The translations under genes and the position numbers were made by a program. From assembly GCA_963770565.1 (NCBI GenBank), contig CAVYQE010000001.1, positions 1,472,001-1,536,000 on the forward strand: DNA of 64,000 nt. Reading direction: 5' to 3'. Source of the DNA: an uncultured Actinomycetota bacterium. Lineage in GTDB: Bacteria; Actinomycetota; Actinomycetes; JAFAQI01. This document shows, piece by piece, positions 54,471 through 64,000 of the stretch. The notes beneath the pieces are model-generated. The model had not been told where the DNA came from. It ran no database searches and worked only from the letters and a program-made list of their open reading frames with translations. The number at the start of each line of letters is the position of its first letter. The first letter of the stretch is position 1.

Positions 54471-55968
54471 GTCGTTTGGTGCTGCCCTTCGCCGGCTTCG
54501 GCGGCTTCGGCGGCTGGTCCGGGAGCTGGTCCGGGACCACGGCGTGCACGAGCACCTTGAGCTCGTCGACCAGGTAGCCGGCCAGGACGTCGAGGTCCGG
54601 CACCAGATCGCGGTCGGCGATCAGGCCGAAGTGCAGCCCGCCGCCGTAGCTCATCACGGTGATGTTGAGGCCCTGCCCCTCGGCGATCGCCGACAGCGGG
54701 TAGTAGGCCAGCAGCTTTGCGCCCGCGTAGTAGAGCGGCACGTTCGGGCCCGGCACGTTCGAGATGATCAGGTTGAACGGGTTGATCCGCTCGACCAGGC
54801 GGAGCCGCGCCGACAGCCGGGCGGCCTGACCGGCCAGTGCCGGCATCGCGAACTCGGTGACGTCGGCCAGCAACTCGGCCGGCAGCGCGCCGTGCTGCTC
54901 CTTCGCGGCGCGCATCGCCTCGTGCGCCGCCTGCAACCGCGCAACCGGATCGTCGAGGTTCGTCGGCAGCGCGGCCATCAGCGTCGAAACCCGGTTGCCG
55001 CCGGTGCCGACCTGATCCTCGGTCCGGACGGACACCGGTACGGCGGCCACCAGCGGCGCGTCCGGCAGCGCATCGTGGTCCTCGAGCCACCGTCGCAGCG
55101 CGCCGGCGCACAGCGCCATCACGACGTCGTTCACGGTGGCGCCGGACGCGTTCTTGACCGCTCGGACCTCGTCGAACGGCACGGTCCGGAACGCCCACCG
55201 GCGGTGCGGACCGATCGGCTTGTTGAACGGGGTCGCGGGTGCGCGCAGGCTGGGCGAGGCGAGCACCACGTGAGCGTCACGTCCCATCAACCGGTCGATG
55301 ACCGGCAGCCGTGGCCGCGCCGGGCTCGATGCCAGCGTCGGCAACGACATCGCCAGCGAATAAGTCAACCGGGCCCCGCGCAGCGGGTGACCGGCCAGCG
55401 ACCACGCGCTGCGAACCAGCATCGCCAAGCTTGACGGCGCCGACTCCGTGACCCGAGGCGGGAGCTCGTCGCCGTCCTCGGGACGGCCGTCGGGGGAGGT
55501 GTCGAGGACCGCGGTGAGGATGTCGTTGCCCGACACGCCGTCGATCGCGGCGTGGTGCACCTTCGTGTAGATCGCGACCCGGCCGCCGGACAGCCCATGG
55601 ATCAGGTACAGCTCCCACAGCGGGCGGCGGCGGTCGAGATGGCGGGCGTGCAGGCGGGCGGCCTGCTCGGCGAGCTGCTGGTCGTCACCCGGCGGGGCCA
55701 GCGCGAGCTCCCGCACGTGGTACTCGATGTCGAAGTCCGGATCCTCGATCCAGTACGGCTGGTCGAGGCCGAGCGGCACGTCGACCAACCGGCGCCGAAA
55801 CGGCGGGATCAGGTGCAGCCGCGACTCGATCAGGTCGGTCAGGGTGGCCAGCGTCAAGGGCGTCGACAGGGTCGACGGATCGAGGATGCAGATGCTGCCG
55901 ACGTGTCCGTACGTCGCCGGCGTCTCCATCGCGAGGAAGGCCGCGTCCAGGCCGGTCAGCTGCTGCAT
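54463..55968 (-). CDS. Wax ester/triacylglycerol synthase (WS/DGAT)
   Basis: L.GLDAAFL..E, HHAAIDG catalytic motif, TVNDV, ISNVPGP, LNITV.SY. Confidence 0.93.
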   Translation of the reverse strand: MQQLTGLDAAFLAMETPATYGHVGSICILDPSTLSTPLTLATLTDLIESRLHLIPPFRRRLVDVPLGLDQPYWIEDPDFDIEYHVRELALAPPGDDQQLAEQAARLHARHLDRRRPLWELYLIHGLSGGRVAIYTKVHHAAIDGVSGNDILTAVLDTSPDGRPEDGDELPPRVTESAPSSLAMLVRSAWSLAGHPLRGARLTYSLAMSLPTLASSPARPRLPVIDRLMGRDAHVVLASPSLRAPATPFNKPIGPHRRWAFRTVPFDEVRAVKNASGATVNDVVMALCAGALRRWLEDHDALPDAPLVAAVPVSVRTEDQVGTGGNRVSTLMAALPTNLDDPVARLQAAHEAMRAAKEQHGALPAELLADVTEFAMPALAGQAARLSARLRLVERINPFNLIISNVPGPNVPLYYAGAKLLAYYPLSAIAEGQGLNITVMSYGGGLHFGLIADRDLVPDLDVLAGYLVDELKVLVHAVVPDQLPDQPPKPPKPAKGSTKRHA

Positions 55969-55980
55969 GAGGTCGCTCCT

Positions 55981-56475
55981 CTAGTCGGCAAGCGCGGCGG
56001 TGATGGCGTCGACGAGCTCTGGGGCGTCCGGCTCGACCAGCGGGCGGAACCGGGCGAGCACCCGACCGTCGCGGCTGACGAGGAACTTCTCGAAGTTCCA
56101 CTGGATGTCGCCCGCTGCGCCTTCGGCGTCGGCGGTCTGGGTGAGCAGGTCATAGATCCGGTCCTTGCCGTCGCCGTTGACCTCGACCTTGGCCGTCATC
56201 GGGAACGTCACGCCATACGTCGCGGAGCAGAACGTCGCGATCTCCTCGCTGCTGCCGGGCTCCTGCTCGCCGAACTGGTTGCACGGGAACCCGAGCACGG
56301 TGAAGCCCTGGTCGGACAGGTCGCGCTGAAGGGACTCGAGTTTTGCGTACTGCGGCGTCAGCCCGCAGCGGCTCGCGACGTTGACTACGAGCGCGACCCG
56401 GCCGTCGGTGAGCTCACCGAAGGAGCTGGCTCGGCCGTCGAGCGTGGTGAGGGGAAGGCTCAACAGGTCGGTCAT
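55981..56475 (-). CDS. Glutathione peroxidase family protein
   Basis: NVASRCGLTPQY, GFPCNQFG.QEPG, WNFEKFL. Confidence 0.93.
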   Translation of the reverse strand: MTDLLSLPLTTLDGRASSFGELTDGRVALVVNVASRCGLTPQYAKLESLQRDLSDQGFTVLGFPCNQFGEQEPGSSEEIATFCSATYGVTFPMTAKVEVNGDGKDRIYDLLTQTADAEGAAGDIQWNFEKFLVSRDGRVLARFRPLVEPDAPELVDAITAALAD

Positions 56476-56487
56476 CCCTCAATAGTG

Positions 56488-57147
56488 TCAGGACTCGAGC
56501 CATCGCAACACCGCCAGCACTCGCCGGTGGTCGTCGGGCGAGGGCGCCAGGCCCAGTTTGGCGAAGATGCTCGTGACGTATTTCTCGATCGCGCCCGGGC
56601 TCAGGTGCAGCGACGCGGCAATCGCCGGATTCGCCCGGCCCTCGGCCATCAGTCGCAGCACCTGACGCTCGCGAGCGGTCAGCGCGTCGACCGAGTCGGT
56701 CCGCCGGCTCGCTCCGAGGAGCTGAGTGACGACCTCGGGGTCGAGCACGGTGCCCCCGGCGGCGATCCGGGTCAGCGCCTCGACGAACTCGCTCACGTCG
56801 GCGACCCGGTCCTTGAGCAGGTAGCCGACGCCTTCGGAACCGGACGCGAGCAGCTCGGCGGCGTACCTGGTCTCGACGTACTGCGAGAAGACCAGGATGC
56901 CGAGTTTCGGATGCCGGGCGCGGAGCGCGATCGCGGCCTCCAAGCCCTCGCTGGTGTGAGTGGGCGGCATCCGGATGTCGACGACGACCAGGTCCGGTAC
57001 GGCGTCGTCGACCACCTCGACCAGTGAGGTCGCGTCGCCCACCGCCGCGACGACGTCGTGGCCGCGGACGGTGAGGAGCTGCACGAGGCCGTCGCGCAGG
57101 ATCGCGGAGTCCTCAGCGATCACGATCCGCATCGAGATCGAGGTCAT
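56488..57147 (-). CDS. NarL/LuxR family response regulator
   Basis: IAEDS, DIRMPP, GYLLKDRV, LTARERQVL.LMAEG. Confidence 0.93.
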   Translation of the reverse strand: MTSISMRIVIAEDSAILRDGLVQLLTVRGHDVVAAVGDATSLVEVVDDAVPDLVVVDIRMPPTHTSEGLEAAIALRARHPKLGILVFSQYVETRYAAELLASGSEGVGYLLKDRVADVSEFVEALTRIAAGGTVLDPEVVTQLLGASRRTDSVDALTARERQVLRLMAEGRANPAIAASLHLSPGAIEKYVTSIFAKLGLAPSPDDHRRVLAVLRWLES

Positions 57148-58415
57148 GACAGCGGGATGTCGATCGTGACCAGGGTTGGTCCACCCTCGGGGCTGGCGAT
57201 GTCGATGCGTCCGTCGACGGTCGAGACCCGGTCGACCAGGCCGCTGAGCCCGCTGCCCCCCGACCGGCCGAACTTCGCACCGCCCGCACCGTCGTCGCCG
57301 ACTCGAACGTAGAGGTGGCCGCTGACCGTCCGGACGTCCACGGTCGCGTGATGCGCGCCGCTGTGCTTCACCACGTTCGTCAGGAGCTCGGCCGTGCAGA
57401 AGTAGACGATCGACTCGATCGCCGCGGACGGCCGCTCGGGCAAGTCGATATGCAGGTTCGTGGGCACGGTGGATCGGGCCGCCAACGTGCCAAGTGCGTC
57501 CGGCAGCCCGTTGTCGAGGGCCGGCGGATGGATCCCGCGGGCCAGGTCGCGAAGCTCGACGATCGTGCCCTTCGCTTCGCGATGCGCACTGTCGACCAGG
57601 TCGCGGACCCGCGAGAGCGCGGCCTGCGGGTCGTCGTCGGCATCGAGCTCTTCCTTGGCCATGCCGAGGTTCATCGCGAGCGAGACCAGTCGGGCCTGAG
57701 CCCCGTCGTGCAGGTCGCGCTCGATCCGGCGCAGTGCGGTCGCCGAGTCGTCGACCGCAAGTGCGCGGGTGGCCTCGAGTTGCTGGATCCGCTTCGAGCC
57801 CTCGGTGGGGCCGAGCAGGTTCGTCATCAGGAAGCGATCGATCGACACGGTGGCGCGCACCAGCCATGGCGCGAGCACGAGCAGGACGAGCCCGGCCAGG
57901 CAGGTGAGCAGAATCCGCGGGGTGGTGTCCAGGAAGTAGCCGGGCGCGAGCTGGCCGCCGCGGTGCACGACGCCGTGGTAGGTCTGCGTCGGCACGGTGT
58001 GCCGCCACACCGGATAGGTCAAGCCGCCGAGCGCACACGACCATACGGTGACCGCGACGGTGAAGTCGACGATCGCGACCGGGAACTCGAGGAGCAGGAA
58101 CGCGATCGCGCGCCAGCCGTTGACCTCGGTCAGCCAGCCCCAGATGCCCGGCCGGCGTCGCACGATCGGCGTCTCGACCTTGACGTCGAGCAACGCCCGG
58201 CCGATCGCGCGGTAGCCGCCGCCGAGGATGCGGGCCGACGCGATGGCGACGGCCAGCAGCGGGATGCCGATCAGCGTGATCAGCAGTGACCCGCTGACCG
58301 ACAGGCTCGTCACGACCCAGACGAAGGAGGCCACGGCAATCGGGAAGCCGATCAGCGCATAGAACAGCTCGCGCCAGGTGCGGGGCTGGGCCAGCGCGGT
58401 GAGGAAGGTCAGCAT
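57144..58415 (-). CDS. Sensor histidine kinase (HisKA_3)
   Basis: TM sensor region, ERDLHDGAQ, ELRDLARGIHP, ELLTNVVKHS, DDG.GG, GSGL.GL. Confidence 0.93.
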   Translation of the reverse strand: MLTFLTALAQPRTWRELFYALIGFPIAVASFVWVVTSLSVSGSLLITLIGIPLLAVAIASARILGGGYRAIGRALLDVKVETPIVRRRPGIWGWLTEVNGWRAIAFLLLEFPVAIVDFTVAVTVWSCALGGLTYPVWRHTVPTQTYHGVVHRGGQLAPGYFLDTTPRILLTCLAGLVLLVLAPWLVRATVSIDRFLMTNLLGPTEGSKRIQQLEATRALAVDDSATALRRIERDLHDGAQARLVSLAMNLGMAKEELDADDDPQAALSRVRDLVDSAHREAKGTIVELRDLARGIHPPALDNGLPDALGTLAARSTVPTNLHIDLPERPSAAIESIVYFCTAELLTNVVKHSGAHHATVDVRTVSGHLYVRVGDDGAGGAKFGRSGGSGLSGLVDRVSTVDGRIDIASPEGGPTLVTIDIPLS

Positions 58416-58501
58416 CGCCGTCACCTCCCCTCGGGTCGTCGTACCGCGTGTGTTGACCACCCAGACTGGCTCACCGAACGCCCGGTCGCCCAGCCGGAAG
58501 G

Positions 58502-58543
58502 CCCCCGAGATCGATGGGGGTTTTCCCTACCCCGATTTCGGGG
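58502..58543. promoter_or_regulatory. Candidate response-regulator operator in divergent promoter
   Basis: Inverted repeats CCCCC..GGGGG (58502-58520) and CCCCGA-TT-TCGGGG (58530-58543) between kinase and ABC exporter. Confidence 0.3.
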
Positions 58544-58589
58544 GCGTCCCGGATGGTGCGCGACCGCCCCGCCGTCCAGTGTGGTGGGC

Positions 58590-59501
58590 ATGGATTCGAT
58601 CGAGATTTCTGGACTGACCAAGCGGTACGGCGACACCACCGCCGTCGATGATCTGACCTTTACCGTCGAGCCCGGCCGGGTCACCGGCTTCCTCGGGCCG
58701 AACGGCGCCGGGAAGTCGACGACGATGCGGCTGGTGCTCGGCCTCGACCGGCCGGACGCCGGCGTCGCGACCATCGGCGGCACGCGGTATGCGGACCTGG
58801 CCGAGCCGATGCGGCGGGTGGGCGCCCTGCTTGAGGCGCGGGCGTTGCACCCGGGCCGCACTGCCCGCAACCACCTCCGCTACCTCGCCTACAGCCAGGG
58901 CATCGCGGCGGCTCGGGTCGACGAGCTGCTCGAGCTCGTCGGCCTGGCCGATGTCGCGGACAAGCGAGTGGGCGGGTTCTCCCTCGGGATGGGACAGCGG
59001 CTCGGCGTGGCGGTCGCGTTGCTCGGCGACCCGAGCGTGCTGATGTTGGACGAGCCGGTGAACGGCCTCGACATCGAGGGCGTCCGGTGGATCCGGACCT
59101 TGCTTCGCGACCTGGCCGACGAGGGCCGGACCGTGCTGTTGTCGAGCCACCTGCTCAGCGAGGTGTCAGTGACGGCCGACCACCTGGTCGTGATCCGGGG
59201 TGGCCGGCTGGTCGCGAACTGCTCCACCGCTGAGCTGCTCGACCGTGGCAATGACAACGAGGTGCTCGTCGTCACGCCCGAGCCGGATCGGCTGGCCGAC
59301 CTGGTCCGGGCGAGTGGCGGCCGAGTCCTCACCCGCGACGGCGACCAGGTCTGCGTCGGTGACCTGACCGCCCCCCGGATCGGTGAGCTGGCCGCCGCCG
59401 ACCAGATCGTCCTGCACGAGCTGACGCCGCAACGCGCGTCGCTCGAAGACACCTTCGTCGAGCTCACCCGTGAGCTGTCACCTGTTGGGAGTGCATCGTG
59501 A
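58590..59501 (+). CDS. ABC exporter ATP-binding protein (BcrA-like)
   Basis: GFLGPNGAGKSTT, FSLGM.QRLG, LDEP.NGLD, SSHLL. Confidence 0.92.
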   Translation: MDSIEISGLTKRYGDTTAVDDLTFTVEPGRVTGFLGPNGAGKSTTMRLVLGLDRPDAGVATIGGTRYADLAEPMRRVGALLEARALHPGRTARNHLRYLAYSQGIAAARVDELLELVGLADVADKRVGGFSLGMGQRLGVAVALLGDPSVLMLDEPVNGLDIEGVRWIRTLLRDLADEGRTVLLSSHLLSEVSVTADHLVVIRGGRLVANCSTAELLDRGNDNEVLVVTPEPDRLADLVRASGGRVLTRDGDQVCVGDLTAPRIGELAAADQIVLHELTPQRASLEDTFVELTRELSPVGSAS

Positions 59502-60280
59502 TCGTCACCTATGACCGCCTGCTGCGCGCGGAGTGGACCAAGCTGCGATCCCTGCGGTCGTCGAGCTGGACGATGACGGTGATGGTGGTGGCGAGCATCG
59601 GTCTCGCAGCCCTCATCGCCGCCTCAGACGCGCACAGCTACTCGACCCTGTCGGCCGCGGACAAGGCGACCTGGGACCCGACGAACGAGAGCCTGGCGGG
59701 CACCCTGATCGGTCAGATCGTGATCGGGGTCTTCGGGGTTCTCGCGATCACCGGCGAGTTCGCCACCGGAACGATTCGCAGCAGCATTGCGGCCGCGCCT
59801 CGCCGTACTCCTCTGCTGGTGGCGAAGGCGATCGTGTACGGCGGCGTCGCTCTGATCGCAGGTGAGCTGATCTCGCTGGCATCGTTCTTCGTCGGCCAGC
59901 CGATCATCGCCGGGAGCGCGCCGCACGCAACGCTGGGCCAGCCCGGGGTGGCCCGAGCGGTGCTGTTCGCCGGTGTCTATCTGGCGCTGATCTGTCTGCT
60001 CGCGCTCGGGATCGGAACCGTGATCCGGCATACCGCAGCAGCGATCAGCGCGGTTGTCGCGATCCTGCTCGTCGTGCCCGCCATCACGGCGGCGCTGCCG
60101 ACCTCGGTCCAGAACTCCTTCGGCATGTTCCTCCCGGTGCAGATCGGCGGTGCGTCGATGGGCGCGGTCGTGCGGGTGCCGCACGCACTCTCACCCTGGG
60201 CCGGTGCCGGCGTGCTCACTCTGTATGCGGCCATCGCGCTCGGTCTGGCCGGCTGGTCGCTGGTGCGCCGCGACGTCTGA
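59498..60280 (+). CDS. ABC-2 type exporter permease
   Basis: AEWTKLRSLRS, ITGEF.TGTIR, C-terminal RRDV. Confidence 0.88.
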   Translation: MIVTYDRLLRAEWTKLRSLRSSSWTMTVMVVASIGLAALIAASDAHSYSTLSAADKATWDPTNESLAGTLIGQIVIGVFGVLAITGEFATGTIRSSIAAAPRRTPLLVAKAIVYGGVALIAGELISLASFFVGQPIIAGSAPHATLGQPGVARAVLFAGVYLALICLLALGIGTVIRHTAAAISAVVAILLVVPAITAALPTSVQNSFGMFLPVQIGGASMGAVVRVPHALSPWAGAGVLTLYAAIALGLAGWSLVRRDV

Positions 60281-60289
60281 GCGATCGAG

Positions 60290-60961
60290 CTAGGGGTCGA
60301 GGACTAGGGCGAGCGCGAAGCCGTCGTAGCCCTTGGCCCCTACGGTCTGGATCACCGTTGCCGCCACCCGGCGCTGGGCGCCGAGTACGTCGGCGAATCG
60401 GCGGGTCCCGACCACGCTGGGGTCGATCGAGCCGGCGTCGAGCACGTCGCCGCCGCGTACGACGTTGTCGGCGATGATCACGCTCCCCGGGTGGGTCAGC
60501 TTCAGCGACCAGCGCAGGTAGTCCTCGTTGTTCGCCTTGTCGGCGTCGATGAAGACGAGGTCGAAACTGCGATCGGCCAGCTTCGGCAGGGTGTCAAGAG
60601 CCTCGCCGACGATGACCTCGACCCGGTCGGCGAAACCGGCCTTGGCGATGTTGTCGACCGCGACCGCCGCGTGGCGCGGCGAGGACTCCAGCGTGACCAG
60701 GCGGCCGTTGGCCGGCAGCGCGCGGGCCAGATGAATCGCGCTGAAGCCGCCCAGGGTGCCGAGTTCGAGGATGCTTCGCGCGTTGATCATCTTCGCGACG
60801 ACGGTGAGCAGCTGGCCCTGCAGCGCCGAGACCTGCTGCACCGGAAGCCCGGCCGTCGCACTGGCCGCGAGCACTTCTTCGAGGATCGGGTCCGTAGGCG
60901 CGAGCAGCCGCGCAAAGTAGTGGTCGACCTCGGCCCAGGTGCGGTCGAACGGCATCTCCAC
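60290..60961 (-). CDS. O-methyltransferase (caffeoyl-CoA/COMT-like)
   Basis: ILELGTLGGFS, FDLVFIDADK, ADNVVR.G, KGYDG. Confidence 0.9.
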   Translation of the reverse strand: MEMPFDRTWAEVDHYFARLLAPTDPILEEVLAASATAGLPVQQVSALQGQLLTVVAKMINARSILELGTLGGFSAIHLARALPANGRLVTLESSPRHAAVAVDNIAKAGFADRVEVIVGEALDTLPKLADRSFDLVFIDADKANNEDYLRWSLKLTHPGSVIIADNVVRGGDVLDAGSIDPSVVGTRRFADVLGAQRRVAATVIQTVGAKGYDGFALALVLDP

Positions 60962-60968
60962 CTCCAGC

Positions 60969-61634
60969 TCAGTTGATCGAGGATGGCACGTTGATCATCC
61001 TCCCCGCCGGCACGGCCGACAGGTTGCGCATTAGCGATGCCTCGAGCGCGAGCCAGCGGCCCTCGGCCGCGAGCCGCCCGGCGGCGTCGAGCTCGGCCAG
61101 GAACCGCTGCCGATCCGGCAGGTCGGCGATCACCGTCGCCGCGACCAAGTAGGAGAGCAGCCGGGCGTCGTCGGGCAGCTGTGCGGTTTCCAGCAGCACC
61201 CCACGCAGCTCCCCGAGCGCGTCGCGGTAGTCGGCGTACCGCTTGGTGACGATGGCGTCGAGCGCCCCGACCTCGCCGATCGGTTCGGGCAGCCATTCGA
61301 CCGTCGCGCAGAGGTAGGGCCGCTCGCGATCCACGGAGCGGACCCGAAACCGGGTGCTGCCGACGGTTTCGATGTCGTACGTGCCGTCCGAGCCACTCGC
61401 GACCGCGGTGATCATGGCCATGCAGCCGATCTCGTGCAGGGCCCGGATGCCATCCGCGCCGACCTCGCGGCCGCTGCGAATCGCGATCACGCCGAAGCGG
61501 CGCTCCGACTCGGGGAGGGCGAGCAGGTCGGCGATGAGGGCGCGGTAGCGGTCCTCGAAGATGTGCAGGGCCAGCGGGCCGCCGGGAAACAGCACCGTTC
61601 CCAGTGGGAACAGCGGGATCAGCGGTGCGGCCAC
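60969..61634 (-). CDS. LON peptidase substrate-binding domain protein
   Basis: PLFPLGTVLFPG..L.LHIFE.RY, FGV.AI..G.EVG, G..RFRV. GTG 61634 chosen. Confidence 0.85.
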   Translation of the reverse strand: MAAPLIPLFPLGTVLFPGGPLALHIFEDRYRALIADLLALPESERRFGVIAIRSGREVGADGIRALHEIGCMAMITAVASGSDGTYDIETVGSTRFRVRSVDRERPYLCATVEWLPEPIGEVGALDAIVTKRYADYRDALGELRGVLLETAQLPDDARLLSYLVAATVIADLPDRQRFLAELDAAGRLAAEGRWLALEASLMRNLSAVPAGRMINVPSSIN

Positions 61635-61719
61635 GACCTGAACGCTACGCAGCGGCCCGCGGGTGGACCCGGCGCGGTGGCTTTCCCAACCCGGCTCGGG
61701 CGGGCTACAGTAGTGAGCC

Positions 61720-64000
61720 ATGAGTGGAGCAACCCAAGTATCTCACTCTAGTTTCGCGGTGATCGGGGGTGGCGCTGCCGGAACCCTGACTGCTGCCCGC
61801 CTGGTCGACGAAGCCGGTCGGCAGCATCGGACCGTCAGCGTCACAGTGATCGAGCCGCGAGCCGCGCTCGGTCGCGGCGTCGCGTATTCCACCACCGACG
61901 ACCGGCACCTGCTGAACGTGCCGGTGCGGCTGATGACGGCGTACACCGATGATCCCGAGCATTTCGCCCGCTGGCTGGCCTACCAAGGCGGCGAGCCGCC
62001 GGCGCCGTGCGACTACGTTCCCCGTGAGTGGTACGGGCGCTACCTGCAGCACGTGCTGGACGACGCCGAGCGGCGGACGCCGTGGGCGACGCTGCATCAT
62101 CGGCGCGATCGCGTCGTCGATCTGGCCTACGACGGGCAGCGATGTCGGCTGACACTGGCGGACGGCCCCGACCTCGAGGTCGACGCTGCCGTCCTCGCGG
62201 TCGGCCACCTCGGGGCGGAGCTGTCGTGGGTGCCGGCGCCGCTGCAAGGATCTGCCCGGCTGGTTGCGGATCCCTGGGCGCCTGGTGCGCTTGACGGCGT
62301 ACCGGTCGACGGCGACGTCCTGATCGTCGGCACCGGCTTGACCATGGTCGACACCGTTCGCGCCCTCGACCGGCCGGGTCGGGTGATCCACCTGACCTCC
62401 CGGCACGGCATCCTGCCGCAGCCCCAGACGTCCGGCGACCGTCCGGTCATGGAGGCGCCCGAGTTCCCCACGGCGGCGCCGACCCTGGCCGAGCTGCACG
62501 ACCTCATGCAGGCACACATCGACAAGGCACAAGCCCGGTACGGCGACTGGCGACCGGCGGTGGACAGCATTCGCGCCATCACCCAGCGGCTATGGGCCGG
62601 GCTGAGCGACACCGACCGGGCCGAGTTCCTCGCGCTCGACGCCCGGCGGTGGGAGTCGTTGCGGCACCGGATCCCGCCGCAGAGTGCCGAGGCGCTGGGC
62701 TCCGCCCGTTCAGCCGGGCGGGTGGTCACGCATACCGGCCGGGTGCTCGGGGCGACCGAGGTGGCCCATGGCGTGGAGGTCGTCCTCTCGGATGGCAGCA
62801 CCGTGCGGGTGGCCGCGGTCGTGAACTGTGCCGGCCCGAACGCCGGTGCTGCGACCAGCACCGACCCGTTGCTGCGGTCACTGCTCGATCGAGGGCTGGC
62901 CGCCGCCGGCCCGGTCGGGCTCGGCCTCGACACCACCGCCGACGGCGCGCTGCGGGACACGACCGGGCGTACCGCGATTCCGGTCTGGACGCTGGGCTCG
63001 CTGCGGCGCGGCACGTTGTGGGAGAGCACCGCGATTCCGGAGATTCGAGACCAGGCAGCGGCGCTCGCGAAGCGACTGCTCGGTAGCGGTGCGCGCCGAG
63101 ACCGTCGCCCACGCGACCAATACGACCTTGCGCTGTCCGCCACACCACAGGCGGCCGAGTCGTGGCGTGGCGCGCTCGAGGCGATTTGCCTGCTGCGGCG
63201 CGACGCGCTCGATCTGCTGGAGGCGACGGTCCGGGCCGACCCCGGCTTTGCGGTCGGGCATGCGGCACTGGCTCTGGTGGGACACGAGTGGGACCTGCCC
63301 GCTGATGTGGACGCCCATCTGCACGCCGCGGTCGATGCGGTCCGGCATCGCGGCGACCGGCGCGAGCGCAGCTTCGTGCAGACCGTGGTCAGCCGGCTGA
63401 CCGGCGGCCGGGCCGCGGGTGACCGCGCGCTGCTTCGCCATATCGACGAGTTTCCGCGCGACGCGCTCGCGGTGAGTGTGGCGCTGCCGACGATCGCCTT
63501 CAGCGGGGTTACCGGGCCGGTGGCCGAGTCGTGGGCCCTTGCGGAGCGGCTCGCGCCGGCGTACGGCGACGACTGGTGGTTCGCCGGCATGCTGGCTTTC
63601 GTCCGGCAGGAGCAGCAGCGCTGGAACGACGCCGAGCGGCTGTCGGCGAGGTCGATGCGCGAGCAGCCGGCGGCCGGCCACGCGGCCCATGCCCGCACCC
63701 ATGTCTTCTACGAGACCGGCGAGCACGAGGCCGGGCTTCGCTGGATGGACGAGTGGATCGTGGCCAACGGTCCGGACACCCAATACACCGCGCACTACTC
63801 CTGGCACGCTGCCTTGCACGAGCTCGCCCTTGATGACGCGGACGCGGTCCGGCGGCGTTACGCGGAGCAGCTCGCGCCGCCGGTGGTGACCGGCCCGCGC
63901 GCGCTGGTCGACTCGGCGTCGTTGCTCTGGCGGTCCAGGTTGGCCGGCCTCTGGCCGGGGGAGCTACCGATCGAGGACGTCCTCTCGACGGTGCCGGCTT
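61720..64000 (+). CDS. FAD/NAD(P)-binding oxidoreductase fused to TPR/TTC38-like domain (3'-truncated; missing from ORF track)
   Basis: Own translation from ATG 61720: VIGGGAAG, LGRGVAYST...HLLNVP, IVGTGLTMVD, VNCAG, LWESTAIPEIR, then helical domain with GHAAHARTHVFYETG, HYSWHAAL, DSASLLWR; no stop seen to 64000. Confidence 0.85.
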   Translation, partial: MSGATQVSHSSFAVIGGGAAGTLTAARLVDEAGRQHRTVSVTVIEPRAALGRGVAYSTTDDRHLLNVPVRLMTAYTDDPEHFARWLAYQGGEPPAPCDYVPREWYGRYLQHVLDDAERRTPWATLHHRRDRVVDLAYDGQRCRLTLADGPDLEVDAAVLAVGHLGAELSWVPAPLQGSARLVADPWAPGALDGVPVDGDVLIVGTGLTMVDTVRALDRPGRVIHLTSRHGILPQPQTSGDRPVMEAPEFPTAAPTLAELHDLMQAHIDKAQARYGDWRPAVDSIRAITQRLWAGLSDTDRAEFLALDARRWESLRHRIPPQSAEALGSARSAGRVVTHTGRVLGATEVAHGVEVVLSDGSTVRVAAVVNCAGPNAGAATSTDPLLRSLLDRGLAAAGPVGLGLDTTADGALRDTTGRTAIPVWTLGSLRRGTLWESTAIPEIRDQAAALAKRLLGSGARRDRRPRDQYDLALSATPQAAESWRGALEAICLLRRDALDLLEATVRADPGFAVGHAALALVGHEWDLPADVDAHLHAAVDAVRHRGDRRERSFVQTVVSRLTGGRAAGDRALLRHIDEFPRDALAVSVALPTIAFSGVTGPVAESWALAERLAPAYGDDWWFAGMLAFVRQEQQRWNDAERLSARSMREQPAAGHAAHARTHVFYETGEHEAGLRWMDEWIVANGPDTQYTAHYSWHAALHELALDDADAVRRRYAEQLAPPVVTGPRALVDSASLLWRSRLAGLWPGELPIEDVLSTVPA

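Overview
High-GC actinobacterial chromosome segment with no RNA genes, CRISPR or IS elements seen. The left half (1-32 kb) is the conserved backbone rimO-pgsA-cinA-clgR-lhr-recA-recX-rny ... miaB-miaA-dapF-hflX-lexA-LysM/chiZ-like-nrdR-nrdJ, interrupted by accessory genes (Zn/Mn ABC transporter, VOC pair, methyltransferases, Mo-oxidoreductase/cytochrome b, EAL protein). The class II ribonucleotide reductase nrdJ carries a 357-aa LAGLIDADG intein. It also has two short AT-rich, apparently synonymously recoded patches exactly over its other catalytic motifs, with weaker traces at the known intein sites of recA. The right half is accessory: a TetR-linked operon with a peptide-type ABC transporter and three amide hydrolases, an ECF sigma/membrane partner pair, a 31-bp tandem array with inverted ends, an F420/AlkZ-like cluster, WS/DGAT, a two-component system with an ABC exporter, and an FAD-oxidoreductase/TPR-like fusion running off the right edge. 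Regulatory DNA includes SOS boxes, PafBC-type promoters, an NrdR box, paired DnaA-like boxes and an 11-bp tandem repeat in an SOS-controlled leader. All calls come from reading motifs by eye; no database searches were run.
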